64,000 nucleotides of DNA from Verrucomicrobiota bacterium (GTDB taxonomy: Bacteria; Verrucomicrobiota; Verrucomicrobiia; Palsa-1439), in the NCBI GenBank assembly GCA_016871575.1, contig VHCW01000003.1:36835-100834 (forward strand), given 5' to 3'. A program made the position numbers and the translations under genes. Positions within the stretch are counted from its first letter, which is position 1. Every line of letters starts with the position of its first letter. Positions 9,026-18,097 of the stretch are shown here, in pieces. The notes under the pieces were generated by a model. The model did no database searches. It was given only the letters and a program-made list of their open reading frames with translations, and had not been told where the DNA came from.

Positions 9026-9086
9026 GCGGAGTAAGATACCGTCTTACGTTGGCGGCGTCAACCTTGCCACTGCCCCAAGTCTTGCC

Positions 9087-9800
9087 CTATTGCTTTCGTT
9101 TCTCCAATTCCGCTTTCGCGAGCTTGTCCTGCGGATTCAACTTCAACGCCTTCTGGAAATACTCTTCCGCCTCGGCGGGTTTGCCGAGCGCGTCGTACGT
9201 CTTGCCGATGTACACGAGGCACGTGCTCCATCCCCAACGCGGCTCAACCGGCCCCGCAGGTTTGCCGGCCTCGGCCTCGAACAGCTTCTCCGCTGCCAGC
9301 AGGAGCTTCAATCCTTCACTCTTCCCGCCCAGCAACCCCGGCCCATAATACCGGTTCATGCCGGCCAAGTATAACACGCGCGGATTATCGGGATTCAACT
9401 TGCGCGCCTGTTTCTCCTGATCCATCAACCGCTTCCCCAGCCAAAATCCCCGCGCCGAGTTCGCCCCGATGCTCAAGCCGTACGTCACACTCAGCAACGC
9501 CCGATTCTCCCCGTTTTGCGGATCAAGCTGCACCGCTCGTTGCAGCGCCGCAATCGTCACCTCCAACGCCTTCGCCGTTTCCGTCCGGCTCGTTTCCCCC
9601 ACCAACCAAAGCAACTGGTGAAACTCCGCTACGCCGCGCCAATAGTGGTTCGTGGACGATGCGAACGTCTTCGCCGCTTTCGCGAATCCCGCGCCATCCC
9701 ACGCCTGATATGCCGCCGCGAACTCCGCGACGCCGGTTTCGATTGGCCCGGCGGCCATCGCCGGCATGGCCAACAACAATACAATGAATCGCCAAATCAT
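9087..9800 (-). CDS. Secreted tetratricopeptide-repeat protein
   Basis: Signal peptide MIWRFIVLLLAMPAMAAG. TPR-like helical repeats. Lys-rich C-terminus. Confidence 0.6.
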   Translation of the reverse strand: MIWRFIVLLLAMPAMAAGPIETGVAEFAAAYQAWDGAGFAKAAKTFASSTNHYWRGVAEFHQLLWLVGETSRTETAKALEVTIAALQRAVQLDPQNGENRALLSVTYGLSIGANSARGFWLGKRLMDQEKQARKLNPDNPRVLYLAGMNRYYGPGLLGGKSEGLKLLLAAEKLFEAEAGKPAGPVEPRWGWSTCLVYIGKTYDALGKPAEAEEYFQKALKLNPQDKLAKAELEKRKQ

Positions 9801-9819
9801 CACTTGACGAACATACACG

Positions 9820-11202
9820 ATGCCGCCGACAATTCACCCATCAATTATGGACTGCGCGCCACTCATCGCCCGGCAACGCCAGTATTTCCAAACCGGTGCC
9901 ACGCGCCCGTTGGCCTACCGGCAGGATCAGCTTCGCCGGCTCCAAGCGGCTATCGAAGCCTGCGAGGTCGCGCTCCTCGACGCGCTCCATGCCGACCTCC
10001 GCAAATCTCCGCACGAAGCCTACACCTCCGAAATCGGTTTCGTCCTCAACGACATCCGCCACGCACTCAAATACCTGCCGGCCTGGATGAACCCAAAGCG
10101 CCGCGGTCTCCCGCTCATGGCGTGGCCGGGCCGCGCCGCGGTCCATTCCGAACCCTACGGCGTCGCCCTCATCATCGGCCCGTGGAACTATCCGTTCCAA
10201 CTTCTCCTCTCGCCGCTCGTCGGCGCAATCGCCGCCGGCAACTGTGTCGTCGTCAAACCATCCGAGTTCGCGCCGCACACTTCCGCAGTCGTGGCAAAAC
10301 TGATCGCCGATACTTTTTCACCCGAATACATCGCCGTCGTCGAGGGCGAACGCGATGCCGCCGAGGCGTTGCTCCGCGAAAAATTCGACGTCATCTTTTT
10401 TACCGGTAGCACCGCCGTTGGCCGCGCTGTGATGACCGCCGCCGCGAAGCATCTCACGCCGGTCACGCTCGAACTCGGCGGCAAGTGCCCGGCCATCGTT
10501 TGCGCCGACGCCCCGCTCGACGTCGCCGCCCGGCGCATCGCATGGGGCAAATTCATGAACGCCGGCCAGACCTGCGTCGCGCCGGACTTCGTTCTGGTGG
10601 ATCGCCGCGTCCGGCAGTTGTTGGTGGACGCGCTCCGGCAAGCCGTTCGCGAGTTCTACGGCGACGACCCGCAACAAAGTCCTGACTATGGCCGCATCAT
10701 CAACCGCCGGCACTTTGACCGGCTCAGCGCCTTCGCGACCGGCAACGCCGATGATCTCTACATCCCGCCCACGATCCTCACCGACACTTCGTGGGACGCG
10801 CCGGTGATGCAGGAGGAAATCTTCGGCCCGATCCTGCCGGTGCTGGAGTTCGACGCGCTGGATGACGCGCTCGCGAAGTTGCGCGACCGGCCGACGCCAC
10901 TGGCGCTGTACCTGTTCACCAACGACCGCGCCACGCAGGAGCGCGTGATTGCCGGAACGCGCAGCGGCGGGGCATGCCTCAACGACACCATCGTCCAGAT
11001 TATTGGTCACGATCTCCCGTTCGGCGGCGTCGGCGAAAGCGGCATGGGCCGGTATCACGGCAAGGCGAGCTTCGACTGCTTCAGTCACCGGCGATCCGTC
11101 GTGCGGCGCTCGCTGTTGTTCGATTCCCGTTTCCGTTATCCGCCACCGAAGTTGTCGCTGGAGAAATTGAAGAAGGCCTACCGGTTCTTGCTGGGCGGCT
11201 GA
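9820..11202 (+). CDS. Aldehyde dehydrogenase family (ALDH3-like), candidate diapocarotenoid aldehyde dehydrogenase
   Basis: ALDH motifs LELGGKCP and FMNAGQTCVAPD (catalytic Cys), with the second catalytic motif EEIFGPILPV. An alternative start is at 9847 (MDCAPLIARQRQYF). Sits with the carotenoid genes. Confidence 0.8.
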   Translation: MPPTIHPSIMDCAPLIARQRQYFQTGATRPLAYRQDQLRRLQAAIEACEVALLDALHADLRKSPHEAYTSEIGFVLNDIRHALKYLPAWMNPKRRGLPLMAWPGRAAVHSEPYGVALIIGPWNYPFQLLLSPLVGAIAAGNCVVVKPSEFAPHTSAVVAKLIADTFSPEYIAVVEGERDAAEALLREKFDVIFFTGSTAVGRAVMTAAAKHLTPVTLELGGKCPAIVCADAPLDVAARRIAWGKFMNAGQTCVAPDFVLVDRRVRQLLVDALRQAVREFYGDDPQQSPDYGRIINRRHFDRLSAFATGNADDLYIPPTILTDTSWDAPVMQEEIFGPILPVLEFDALDDALAKLRDRPTPLALYLFTNDRATQERVIAGTRSGGACLNDTIVQIIGHDLPFGGVGESGMGRYHGKASFDCFSHRRSVVRRSLLFDSRFRYPPPKLSLEKLKKAYRFLLGG

Positions 11203-11606
11203 ACCTGTTCGGTGATCTCGGCCACGGCCGACACCGGCGTGTTCATTGCGGCGGTGAAAAAGCTGACGCGCAGCCGAAGACAGGTCAGCCGCGAATGAAC
11301 ACGAATGCTTTCGAATGTTGCCAACTGACGCGGCCCGCCCGCGTTCGCTCCAGTGATTGTGTCAGCGCGCCAACCGGTTCAGTCTGAGGAATAACCTTCG
11401 TGATGGCGGCCTCTTTGGTGAACATTGGCGGCTCAGAATTGTCGTGGCTGGGAATTGTCACGGTGCGGATTTGTGGCTATGGTAGGCGGCGTTATGAATC
11501 GAAATGCTGACGGCAACCGGTGCGGTTGCCCAACACTTCTTTTGCGGGCACGGCGGTTGCCGGCCGTGACCCCTCGGCGTTCTCTGCGCCTCTGTGGTGA
11601 GGTACG

Positions 11607-12695
11607 TTGATGACGTTCCTCTGGTTCATCATCGGGTTGGGCGTGCTGGTGGCCGGGGCGGAGTTATTGGTGCGCGGGGCGTCGCGGCTGGCACTGGCGT
11701 TTGGGATTTCGCCGCTGGTGATCGGGTTGACCATTGTGGCGTTCGGCACGAGCACGCCGGAGGTGGCGGTGGGCGTGAAGGCGGTGTTGGTGAACCAGCC
11801 GGATTTGGTGACCGGCAACTGTCTGGGGAGCACGATGTTCAATGTGCTGCTGATTCTCGGCGCGTGCGCGGTGATCGCGCCGTTGGTGGTGGCGCAGCAA
11901 CTGGTCCGTCTCGACGTGCCCATTATGATTGGGGTGCATGTGCTGTTGCTGGCGTTGGGGTTGGATGGGAAGATCAGCCGACTCGACGGGCTGATTTTGT
12001 TTGCGGGCGTCGTGGCCTACAGCATTTTCGCGATTCGCAAAGGGAAAAAGGAATCACCCGCCGTGACGGCGGAGTACGACACGGCCTACGGCAAACGGAA
12101 GCCGGGGCGCTCGCCGGGCGAGTTGGCGTTACACGCGGGGCTGATCGTGGGCGGACTGGCGTTGTGCGTGTTGGGCGCGCGGTGGATGGTGGACAGCGCG
12201 GTGATGCTGGCGCGGGCGTGGGGCGTGAGCGAGTTGGTGATCGGGTTGACGATTGTGGCGGCCGGCACGTCGATGCCGGAAGTGGCGACGTCCATCGTGG
12301 CGACGTTCCGCGGCCAGCGCGACATCGCCATCGGGAATGTCGTCGGGAGCAATATTTTCAACATCCTCGGCATCGTCGGGGTGGCCGGCCTGGTCGCGCC
12401 GGACGGGATTGCGGTGGCGCCGTCGGTGTTGCGGTTTGACTTGCCGGTGGCCATTGCGGTGTGCGTGGCGTGTCTGCCGATCTTTTTTACCGGTCACTCG
12501 ATCTCGCGATGGGAAGGCGCGGTGTTTCTCGGCTACTACGTGGCGTACACGGCGTATCTGATCTTGGCCGCGCAACAGCACGATGCGTTGCCGGCGTTCA
12601 GCGCGGTGATGAAATGGTTCGTCCTGCCGCTGACGGTTGTGACGCTGGCGGTGGTCACGTGGCGCGCCGTGCGCGCCAGGCAGGAGGCACCATGA
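11607..12695 (+). CDS. Ca2+/Na+ (cation) antiporter, CaCA/YrbG family
   Basis: Two alpha-repeat motifs (GTSTPEVAV and GTSMPEVATS). Multi-TM, 362 aa. Confidence 0.8.
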   Translation: MMTFLWFIIGLGVLVAGAELLVRGASRLALAFGISPLVIGLTIVAFGTSTPEVAVGVKAVLVNQPDLVTGNCLGSTMFNVLLILGACAVIAPLVVAQQLVRLDVPIMIGVHVLLLALGLDGKISRLDGLILFAGVVAYSIFAIRKGKKESPAVTAEYDTAYGKRKPGRSPGELALHAGLIVGGLALCVLGARWMVDSAVMLARAWGVSELVIGLTIVAAGTSMPEVATSIVATFRGQRDIAIGNVVGSNIFNILGIVGVAGLVAPDGIAVAPSVLRFDLPVAIAVCVACLPIFFTGHSISRWEGAVFLGYYVAYTAYLILAAQQHDALPAFSAVMKWFVLPLTVVTLAVVTWRAVRARQEAP

Positions 12696-12924
12696 CGCGA
12701 TTCATTACCAACGCCAAGCCGTTTCGCTGGGTCATCGCGGCGCTGAAGAAACTGATTGCGCAGCCGAAGGCCGTTTAGCCGCTGATGCACACGTCTTCAC
12801 GGCGGGCGATGGCTCGGAGCGGCGGCAGTTGCGCCGTTGTTTTCGACGGAGGTTGTGCCATACTGACGGCTGTGAAAATTCTGCCTCACATCCGGTTGAT
12901 CAACTCATCGAGGAGCGGACGGCG

Positions 12925-13392
12925 ATGACAGCGGAAAGTGCTGCGGAGCAAATCGGGCGGTTGGTTCGGGCGCAGCCTTACGGCGTGTTGTGCACGCAGA
13001 GCGAGGCGCAGCCGTACGGGTCGCTGGTGGCGTTGGCGGCGACGGAGGACCTGACGACGCTGGTGTTCTCGACGCCGATCACGACGCGGAAGTACCGGTT
13101 GCTCGTCGAGTGCGCGCAGGTGGCCGTGGTCATTGACAGCCGGTCGGGCGCGCCGGACGAACTGATGGAGGTCGAGGCGGTGACGGCCACAGGTCGGGCG
13201 GAGCAGGCGTTGCCGGGCGCGGAGTTCGAGCGCTGGGCGGGGTTGCTGATTGCGCGGCATCCGCACTTGGCGGGGTTTGTGCAGGCGGAATCGTCGGCGC
13301 TGTTTCGGGTCGCGGTGGTGCGTTATTTTCATGTCAGCCGGTTTCAGGAGGTTGTGCAGTGGGTGCCGGTTCCCGCTACATCATCCCGTTAG
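12925..13392 (+). CDS. Pyridoxamine 5'-phosphate oxidase-like FMN-binding split-barrel protein
   Basis: ATG at 12925 preceded by GAGGAG. 155 aa with a PNPOx-like pattern. Confidence 0.55.
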   Translation: MTAESAAEQIGRLVRAQPYGVLCTQSEAQPYGSLVALAATEDLTTLVFSTPITTRKYRLLVECAQVAVVIDSRSGAPDELMEVEAVTATGRAEQALPGAEFERWAGLLIARHPHLAGFVQAESSALFRVAVVRYFHVSRFQEVVQWVPVPATSSR

Positions 13393-15653
13393 CGCAGGTC
13401 GATCAATCCCACGAACCGCTCGTGGGAGCGAAGGCGGCGCGCCTGGCCATCCTCTCCAAGACCGGTCACCCGGTTGCGCCGGGGTTTTGCGTGGCGGTCG
13501 GCGCTTACGAATGTTTTCTGGCCGAGTCCCGTCTGGAGACCCTGATCCGCATGGAACTGGATCGCAAACGATTCGAGGACATGCGCTGGGAGGAATTGTG
13601 GGACGCGGCGCTGCGGATTCGGGCCGCGTTCAACGCGCACCCCGTGCCGGCGGCGGTGGCGGCCGCGGTGGACGAGGCGCTGGCGGGTTACCCGGCGGAT
13701 CTCGCGTGGGCGGTGCGGTCGTCGGCGCCGGGCGAGGACGCCGCGCACCGGTCGTTTGCCGGGTTGCATGAGTCGTACGTGGGCGTGGTGGGCCGGGCAG
13801 CCGTGCTCGACGCGCTGCGGCTGGTCTGGGCGTCGTTGTGGTCGGATGCGGCGATGCTGTACCGGCGCGAGGTCGGGCTTGATCCCGCGCACAGCCGGAT
13901 GGCGGTGCTGGTCCAGGCCATGCGCACCGCTCCGGTCTCGGGCGTGGCGTTCGGCTGCGATCCCCGGCAATTGTCGCGCGAGATCGCCATCATCGAAGCC
14001 GTGCCGGGAGTCTGCGCGGGATTGGTGGATGGCGAGATTGATCCCGACCGTTGGCAACTGCGCCGCGCCGACGGCACGGTGGTCGCGTGGCAACCCGGCC
14101 AGCGCGAGCCGGCCGGCACTCCCGGTCCGTTGCTCGACGGCGCTGACATCAGCCATTTGCTGCGCGTGATTTCGTCGGTCGAGGAACAGTTCCGCTGGCC
14201 GCCGGACATTGAATGGACGGGGCGCGCGGCAGAGTTCACCCTGCTCCAGGCCCGGCCGGTCACCACGGCCGCGCCTGCCGGCGATGACAAACGCGAATGG
14301 TATCTCACGCTCCGGCCCGGCCTGGCCCGGTTGCGCAAGCTGCGGACGCGCGTCGCCGACGAGTTGATTCCCGCGCTCGCGGCGGAAGGCGCGCGCTTGG
14401 CCGCCGCGAACCTCGACGCGCACACCGAGGCGCAGTTGGCCGATGCGATTGCCGAACGCCGCGACGCGCTCCAGCGATGGACGAAAATCTACTGGGACGA
14501 GTTCATTCCGTTCGCCCACGGCGTGCGGCGGTTGGCGGTGTACTACAACGACGCGGTGCGCCCGCGCGACCCGTATGAGTTTGTCGGGCTGCTGCAGGGC
14601 GAAGATCTCCTGGCGAGCCAGCGCAACGCCGCGCTGCACGCCATCGCCGACCAAGTCCGCCAACAGCCGCCGCTGGCCGCCACCCTCGACCAAGCCGGCC
14701 ACTGGCTGCCCGCGGAGCCGGAACGATGGGCCGACACGGTTCGGGCGGTCACCGGCGGCGAAGTGTTTCTGGCGGCGTTCCGGCGCGTCATGGAAAACGC
14801 GCTCGACCTCGCCTACGACACCGCGCGTCTGGCCGACCGGCCCGACCTGATTCTGCGGTCGGTTCTGGAACTGGCGCGCGCCACCACGCGACCGCACGGT
14901 GCGGCGACGGAGTCGCCCAGCACCACCGTCGCGACCCTCGAACAGCGGCTGCTGGCGGCCGTCGGTCCGGCCCGGCAGGAAGAAGCGCGCGAGACACTCG
15001 CCACGGCCCGGCTCAGTTGGCGGCTGCGCGATAACGACAACCTGTTGCTGTCGCGGATCGAGTCGCAATTGATCCGAGCAATCGAAATCGCCGCACGACG
15101 GCTCAAAGCCGCGGGCCGGCTGGCGGCCAACGCCCCGGTTTCCGCCAAGGTGGCGGAACTGGTCATCGCCGCGTTACGCGACCGTTCCGGTGCCGTGCTG
15201 GTCCTGCCGGTGGAACAACCGGCCGCCGCAACGGTCGCCGTTGCCGGGACGCGCGCCGAAACCCCTCGGCAACTGACCGGCCAACCCGCCGCCGCCGGCT
15301 TGGCAACCGGCAAAGTCCGGTGCGTCCGCCGCACGGAAGACTTGGGACGATTTCAAGCCGGGGAAGTGCTGGTATGCGATGCCATCCAACCGATGATGAC
15401 CCATCTCGTGCCGTTGGCCTGTGCGGTTGTGGAACGCCGCGGCGGCATGCTCATCCACGGCGCGATCATCGCCCGCGAGCTGGGCATCCCCTGCGTCAAC
15501 GGCGTCCCCGATGTCGTCGAACTGCTGCCCGACGGCCAAGTGGTGACCGTGGATGGTTACTTGGGAATTGTGACTGTCGGCCCACCCGACTTCGACCTGG
15601 AACTGGCCGCCCGCCAGCAGCCCCGCGCGCGGCGGGCCGATCATTTGCCATGA
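13359..15653 (+). CDS. PEP-utilising enzyme, rifampin-phosphotransferase-like architecture (N-terminal PEP/pyruvate-binding ATP-grasp, C-terminal phosphohistidine swivel domain)
   Basis: 764 aa. N-terminus LVGAKAARLAILSKTGHPVAPGFCV (PPDK_N-like). C-terminus GGMLIHGAIIARELGIPCVNGV (PEP-utilisers mobile domain). The stop overlaps the next start as ATGA. Confidence 0.75.
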   Translation: MGAGSRYIIPLAQVDQSHEPLVGAKAARLAILSKTGHPVAPGFCVAVGAYECFLAESRLETLIRMELDRKRFEDMRWEELWDAALRIRAAFNAHPVPAAVAAAVDEALAGYPADLAWAVRSSAPGEDAAHRSFAGLHESYVGVVGRAAVLDALRLVWASLWSDAAMLYRREVGLDPAHSRMAVLVQAMRTAPVSGVAFGCDPRQLSREIAIIEAVPGVCAGLVDGEIDPDRWQLRRADGTVVAWQPGQREPAGTPGPLLDGADISHLLRVISSVEEQFRWPPDIEWTGRAAEFTLLQARPVTTAAPAGDDKREWYLTLRPGLARLRKLRTRVADELIPALAAEGARLAAANLDAHTEAQLADAIAERRDALQRWTKIYWDEFIPFAHGVRRLAVYYNDAVRPRDPYEFVGLLQGEDLLASQRNAALHAIADQVRQQPPLAATLDQAGHWLPAEPERWADTVRAVTGGEVFLAAFRRVMENALDLAYDTARLADRPDLILRSVLELARATTRPHGAATESPSTTVATLEQRLLAAVGPARQEEARETLATARLSWRLRDNDNLLLSRIESQLIRAIEIAARRLKAAGRLAANAPVSAKVAELVIAALRDRSGAVLVLPVEQPAAATVAVAGTRAETPRQLTGQPAAAGLATGKVRCVRRTEDLGRFQAGEVLVCDAIQPMMTHLVPLACAVVERRGGMLIHGAIIARELGIPCVNGVPDVVELLPDGQVVTVDGYLGIVTVGPPDFDLELAARQQPRARRADHLP

Positions 15654-17224
15654 GAAACTTGATCCTCGTGCTCGGCGATCAACTCGACGCGAAGTCGGCA
15701 GCCTTCGACGGTTTCGACCCGAAACAGGACGCCGTCTGGATGGCGGAGGTCAGCGACGAGGCGGAACACGTCTGGTCGCACAAGGCGCGCATCGCCATCT
15801 TCCTCTCGGCGATGCGGCATTTCCGCGACGAGTTGCGCGCGCGGGGGATCACGGTGCACTACCGGGAGTTGTGTGATTCGACCTTTGGTGCGGAACTGAC
15901 GAAATCCATCCGGCAACTCAAACCACAAAGTGTTATCGTGGTTGAACCCGGCGAGTGGCGGGTACAGGAGGAATTGAAACGCGCGGTGCCGGGTTTGGAG
16001 ATTCGACCTGACCGGCATTTTTTGTATTCGCGCGAAGAGTTCGCAGCACACGCCGCCGGGCGCAAACAGTTGCGGTTGGAATTTTTCTACCGCGAGATGC
16101 GCCGCAAACACAACGTGCTGATGGACGGCGATAAGCCCGTCGGTGGCACGTGGAACTTCGACAAGGAAAACCGCGCCACCTTCGGCAAAGAGGGGCCGGG
16201 GTTGATTCCGAAGCCGGTCGGGTTCAAGCCGGATACGACGACGCGCGAGGTGTTGGCGCTGGTCGAGAAACGATTCGCGAAGCATCCCGGCCGCCTGGAC
16301 AAGTTTGATTGGCCGGTCACGCGCGTGCAAGCGAAAGAGGCGCTCGACGACTTCATTGCGAACCGGCTGGCGGATTTCGGCCGGGTCGAGGACGCGATGT
16401 GGACAGGGCAGCCGTTGTTGTACCATTCCCGGCTGTCGGCAGCGCTGAACCTGAAATTACTTGACCCGCGCGAGGGGATCGCCGCCGCTGTAGGCCGACT
16501 CTGTGAGTCGGCGAAGGAGGGGCGCGCCGCTTCGCAGAAGCGGCCTACAACAGGCGCGCCGTTGCCGGCGGTGGAGGGATTTGTTCGGCAACTGCTCGGC
16601 TGGCGCGAATATGTACGGGGCGTGTACTGGCAGTTCATGCCGGGTTACGCCTCACTCAACGCGCTCGAAGCCAAGCGGAAGTTGCCGGAGTTTTATTGGA
16701 CGGGTGACACGGAGATGAATTGTTTGCGCGAGGTGATTGGGCAGACGCTCGAACTCGGATTCGCGCATCACATCCAGCGGTTGATGGTGACCGGCACGTA
16801 CGCGTTGTTACTTGGCGTGGATCCGGTCGAGGTGCACAAGTGGTATCTGGCGGTGTACGTGGACGCGGTGGAATGGGTCGAGTTGCCCAACGTGCTTGGC
16901 ATGTCGCAATACGCCGACGGCGGGATCATGGCGTCGAAACCCTACATCGCGACCGGCAAATACATTCAGCGGATGAGCAATTACTGTCAAGGTTGCCGGT
17001 TCAAGACGGACAAGGCGACCGGCCCGGAAGCGTGTCCGTTCACGACGTTGTATTGGGATTTTTTGCTGCGCCACGAGAAACTGCTGAAGCAAAATCAACG
17101 AATGGCGTTGCAGGTGAAAAATCTGGCGCGGCTTGACGCTGATCAGCGCGCGGCGATTCGCCGGCAAGCCGACGCTATTCGCGTGGTGCCGGCAGGTGCA
17201 TCTGGAACGAAACGTAGTGGGTGA
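15650..17224 (+). CDS. FeS-BCP / CryB-PhrB-type cryptochrome-photolyase family protein (COG3046), candidate (6-4) photolyase
   Basis: Start MRNLILVLGDQLD at aa 111 of the track ORF. The C-terminal four-Cys cluster YCQGCRF...EACPF is typical of Fe-S bacterial cryptochrome/photolyases. Confidence 0.8.
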   Translation: MRNLILVLGDQLDAKSAAFDGFDPKQDAVWMAEVSDEAEHVWSHKARIAIFLSAMRHFRDELRARGITVHYRELCDSTFGAELTKSIRQLKPQSVIVVEPGEWRVQEELKRAVPGLEIRPDRHFLYSREEFAAHAAGRKQLRLEFFYREMRRKHNVLMDGDKPVGGTWNFDKENRATFGKEGPGLIPKPVGFKPDTTTREVLALVEKRFAKHPGRLDKFDWPVTRVQAKEALDDFIANRLADFGRVEDAMWTGQPLLYHSRLSAALNLKLLDPREGIAAAVGRLCESAKEGRAASQKRPTTGAPLPAVEGFVRQLLGWREYVRGVYWQFMPGYASLNALEAKRKLPEFYWTGDTEMNCLREVIGQTLELGFAHHIQRLMVTGTYALLLGVDPVEVHKWYLAVYVDAVEWVELPNVLGMSQYADGGIMASKPYIATGKYIQRMSNYCQGCRFKTDKATGPEACPFTTLYWDFLLRHEKLLKQNQRMALQVKNLARLDADQRAAIRRQADAIRVVPAGASGTKRSG

Positions 17225-17333
17225 TCTTGCCGTTGTCGTTGCAGATCGGGCTGACCGGATTGGCGGCCTTGCCCGGCGGAAGCGAATACCAGACAAAGCT
17301 ATCGAGGACTTGTGGGTCGCGCTGGTTGGGGAC
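17172..17333 (-). pseudogene. Remnant of a LOV/PAS gene (C-terminal ~50 codons only), directly after the nitroreductase stop and in the same frame
   Basis: The minus-strand translation after the nitroreductase TGA reads VPNQRDPQVLDSFVWYSLPPGKAANPVSPICNDNGKITHYVSFQMHLPAPRE*. That matches the C-terminus of the 2619..3044 LOV protein (SPICDDNGKITHYVSFQLH). It is a ~57-bp near-identical DNA repeat of 2662-2718, with no start codon. Confidence 0.4.
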
Positions 17334-17990
17334 TCAGTGGATCTGGATCAGTGCGGCGGACGGGAAACGCACTTTCGGTGCGGCGGCGTACTTGTCGTCG
17401 GCACTCCGGTAACCCAGCGCACAGCAGACGACCGCTGCGCAGCCTTGCGCCGGCAAGCCGAGAATCTTATCGAACTCCGCCGGCACGAAGCCTTCCATCG
17501 GGCAGGCGTCCACGCCGAGCAACGCGGCGCTGGTCAGCAGATTGCCCAGCGCGATGTAGCATTGCCGGGCCGTCCAATGCGGAATGCGCGCCTTGGCGTC
17601 GTCGCCGAGCAGGCTGCCGGCCATCATCTGCCGGTAATCGGCGAGCGAGTCGCGGTTGACGCCGCGGACTTCGACAATGCGGTCGAGAAACCGGTCGATC
17701 TCCGCTTCCGTCATCGCGGTGCGGGCGGCGAAGACGATGAAGTGGGAGGCGTTGACGACCTGCGGTTGGTTCCAGGCGTGCGGCAGGAGCTTCGCGCGGG
17801 TGGCGGGATCGTTGACGACAATGAAGCGATACGGCTGGAGGCCAAACGAGGAGGCGGACAACGCGAGCGCCTCCTGCAACGCGTTCCATGTCGCGGCCGG
17901 TAGCTGGCGGTTCGGATCGAAGACCTTGGTGGCGTAGCGCCAATTCAGAGCGCTTAACAATTCATGGGAGTCAATGGGTTGGTTGTTCAT
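17334..17990 (-). CDS. NAD(P)H nitroreductase family protein
   Basis: Start MNNQPIDSHELLSALNWRYATKVF with an AGAGGAAA RBS upstream. Matches the nitroreductase fold pattern. Confidence 0.8.
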   Translation of the reverse strand: MNNQPIDSHELLSALNWRYATKVFDPNRQLPAATWNALQEALALSASSFGLQPYRFIVVNDPATRAKLLPHAWNQPQVVNASHFIVFAARTAMTEAEIDRFLDRIVEVRGVNRDSLADYRQMMAGSLLGDDAKARIPHWTARQCYIALGNLLTSAALLGVDACPMEGFVPAEFDKILGLPAQGCAAVVCCALGYRSADDKYAAAPKVRFPSAALIQIH

Positions 17991-18097
17991 GGTTTCCTCT
18001 TTGATTGTGTGTGATGTTGGCTGCGAAGATCGCACAAAGCAGAGGCGACTGCCAGTCGCGGCTTGCCGGAACCCGGCTTTTCGGATAGAAACGCCTC

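Noticed and set aside
9800-9847. Divergent TPR and ALDH starts only 2-47 bp apart
   Set aside because: This probably reflects uncertainty in start-codon choice (ALDH may start at 9847, TPR at 9800) rather than a real feature.
9516-10409. 297-aa + ORF and other overlapping ORFs around the TPR/ALDH junction
   Set aside because: Out-of-frame overlaps with the TPR and ALDH genes. Arg-rich artefacts.
13389-15068. 559-aa minus-strand ORF
   Set aside because: Arg/Gly/Pro-rich low-complexity translation lying antisense to the PEP-utilising enzyme gene, which has recognisable domains.
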